A DNA stretch of 64,000 nucleotides from Camelus ferus (lineage: Eukaryota). Below the pieces are notes generated by a model, which was given only the letters and a program-made list of their open reading frames with translations, searched no databases and was not told the DNA's origin. Below are positions 63,545-64,000 of the stretch, piece after piece. Location: positions 89,220,001 to 89,284,000 of the forward strand of contig NC_045697.1 in NCBI RefSeq assembly GCF_009834535.1, written 5' to 3'. Position 1 is the stretch's first letter, and each line of letters begins with the position of its first letter. The position numbers were made by a program, and so were the translations under genes.

Positions 63545-64000
63545 GAAAGCAAATGAAATAAAAAGTTGCTTGGCAAAGCATGAAATCGGAGAAAGGGGAT
63601 TTAAATGATTCAAATGTTTATTGACATGAGGAAAAGGTAGTCTAAAAAACATTTCTTCCTCTGAAATATGACCTTAAGGAACTGAAGTATTTGAAACTGA
63701 GAGTGATGGCAGTCTTTCCCTTAGGAGTTTCTAGGCTTTAACATGGATTAGAATCATCTGAAGAGCTCACTGAAGCATGAGATTTCAGCTCCTCATGTTG
63801 CATATTTCTTCCATTTTCAAGGGGTTTCTTAGAGCTACCCTCACTTGGCTTGATGGGAAGTAGAAGTTTGCTTTTTTGTGTGTTTTCTGCTTCTTAAATT
63901 TTGTCAATGAATTCTTTCTCAGTAAGTCTCTACCTTGTAGGTAAAGATAGGCAGAGCTCCTGCCCAGGACTGATTGGGGGTAGGGGATAAGGAGGAGCTG

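Overview
AT-rich mammalian genomic DNA dominated by interspersed repeats: L1 fragments of many ages, L2, MIR, MaLR/ERVL LTRs, and hAT and Tigger DNA transposons. The young L1 3' ends look cetartiodactyl and I see no young tRNA-derived SINEs, which suggests a camelid; this is an inference. I recognise no intact protein-coding gene. The one clearly identifiable gene-derived feature is a processed pseudogene of SLC16A10 (MCT10/TAT1 aromatic amino acid/thyroid hormone transporter) at about 43309-44734 (+). It has fused exons 1-3, many stops and frameshifts, a polyA signal and diverged TSDs. Its clear homology stops exactly at the exon 3/4 boundary and switches to a short polyadenylated tail, so it may be a fossil of a truncated isoform. 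It keeps a CpG-dense 5' end and carries a consensus splice donor. Other notable structure: a chain of minus-strand exon-like units (possibly an unannotated or decayed multi-exon gene, low confidence), a 4-5 layer nested LTR/transposon cluster at 35-37 kb, a TSD-flanked L1 lacking almost all of ORF1/ORF2, an unusually long (~39 bp) TSD, and a 19-bp-stem hairpin. Repeat subfamily names and SLC16A10 exon boundaries come from memory of consensus sequences, and most repeat boundaries are approximate.
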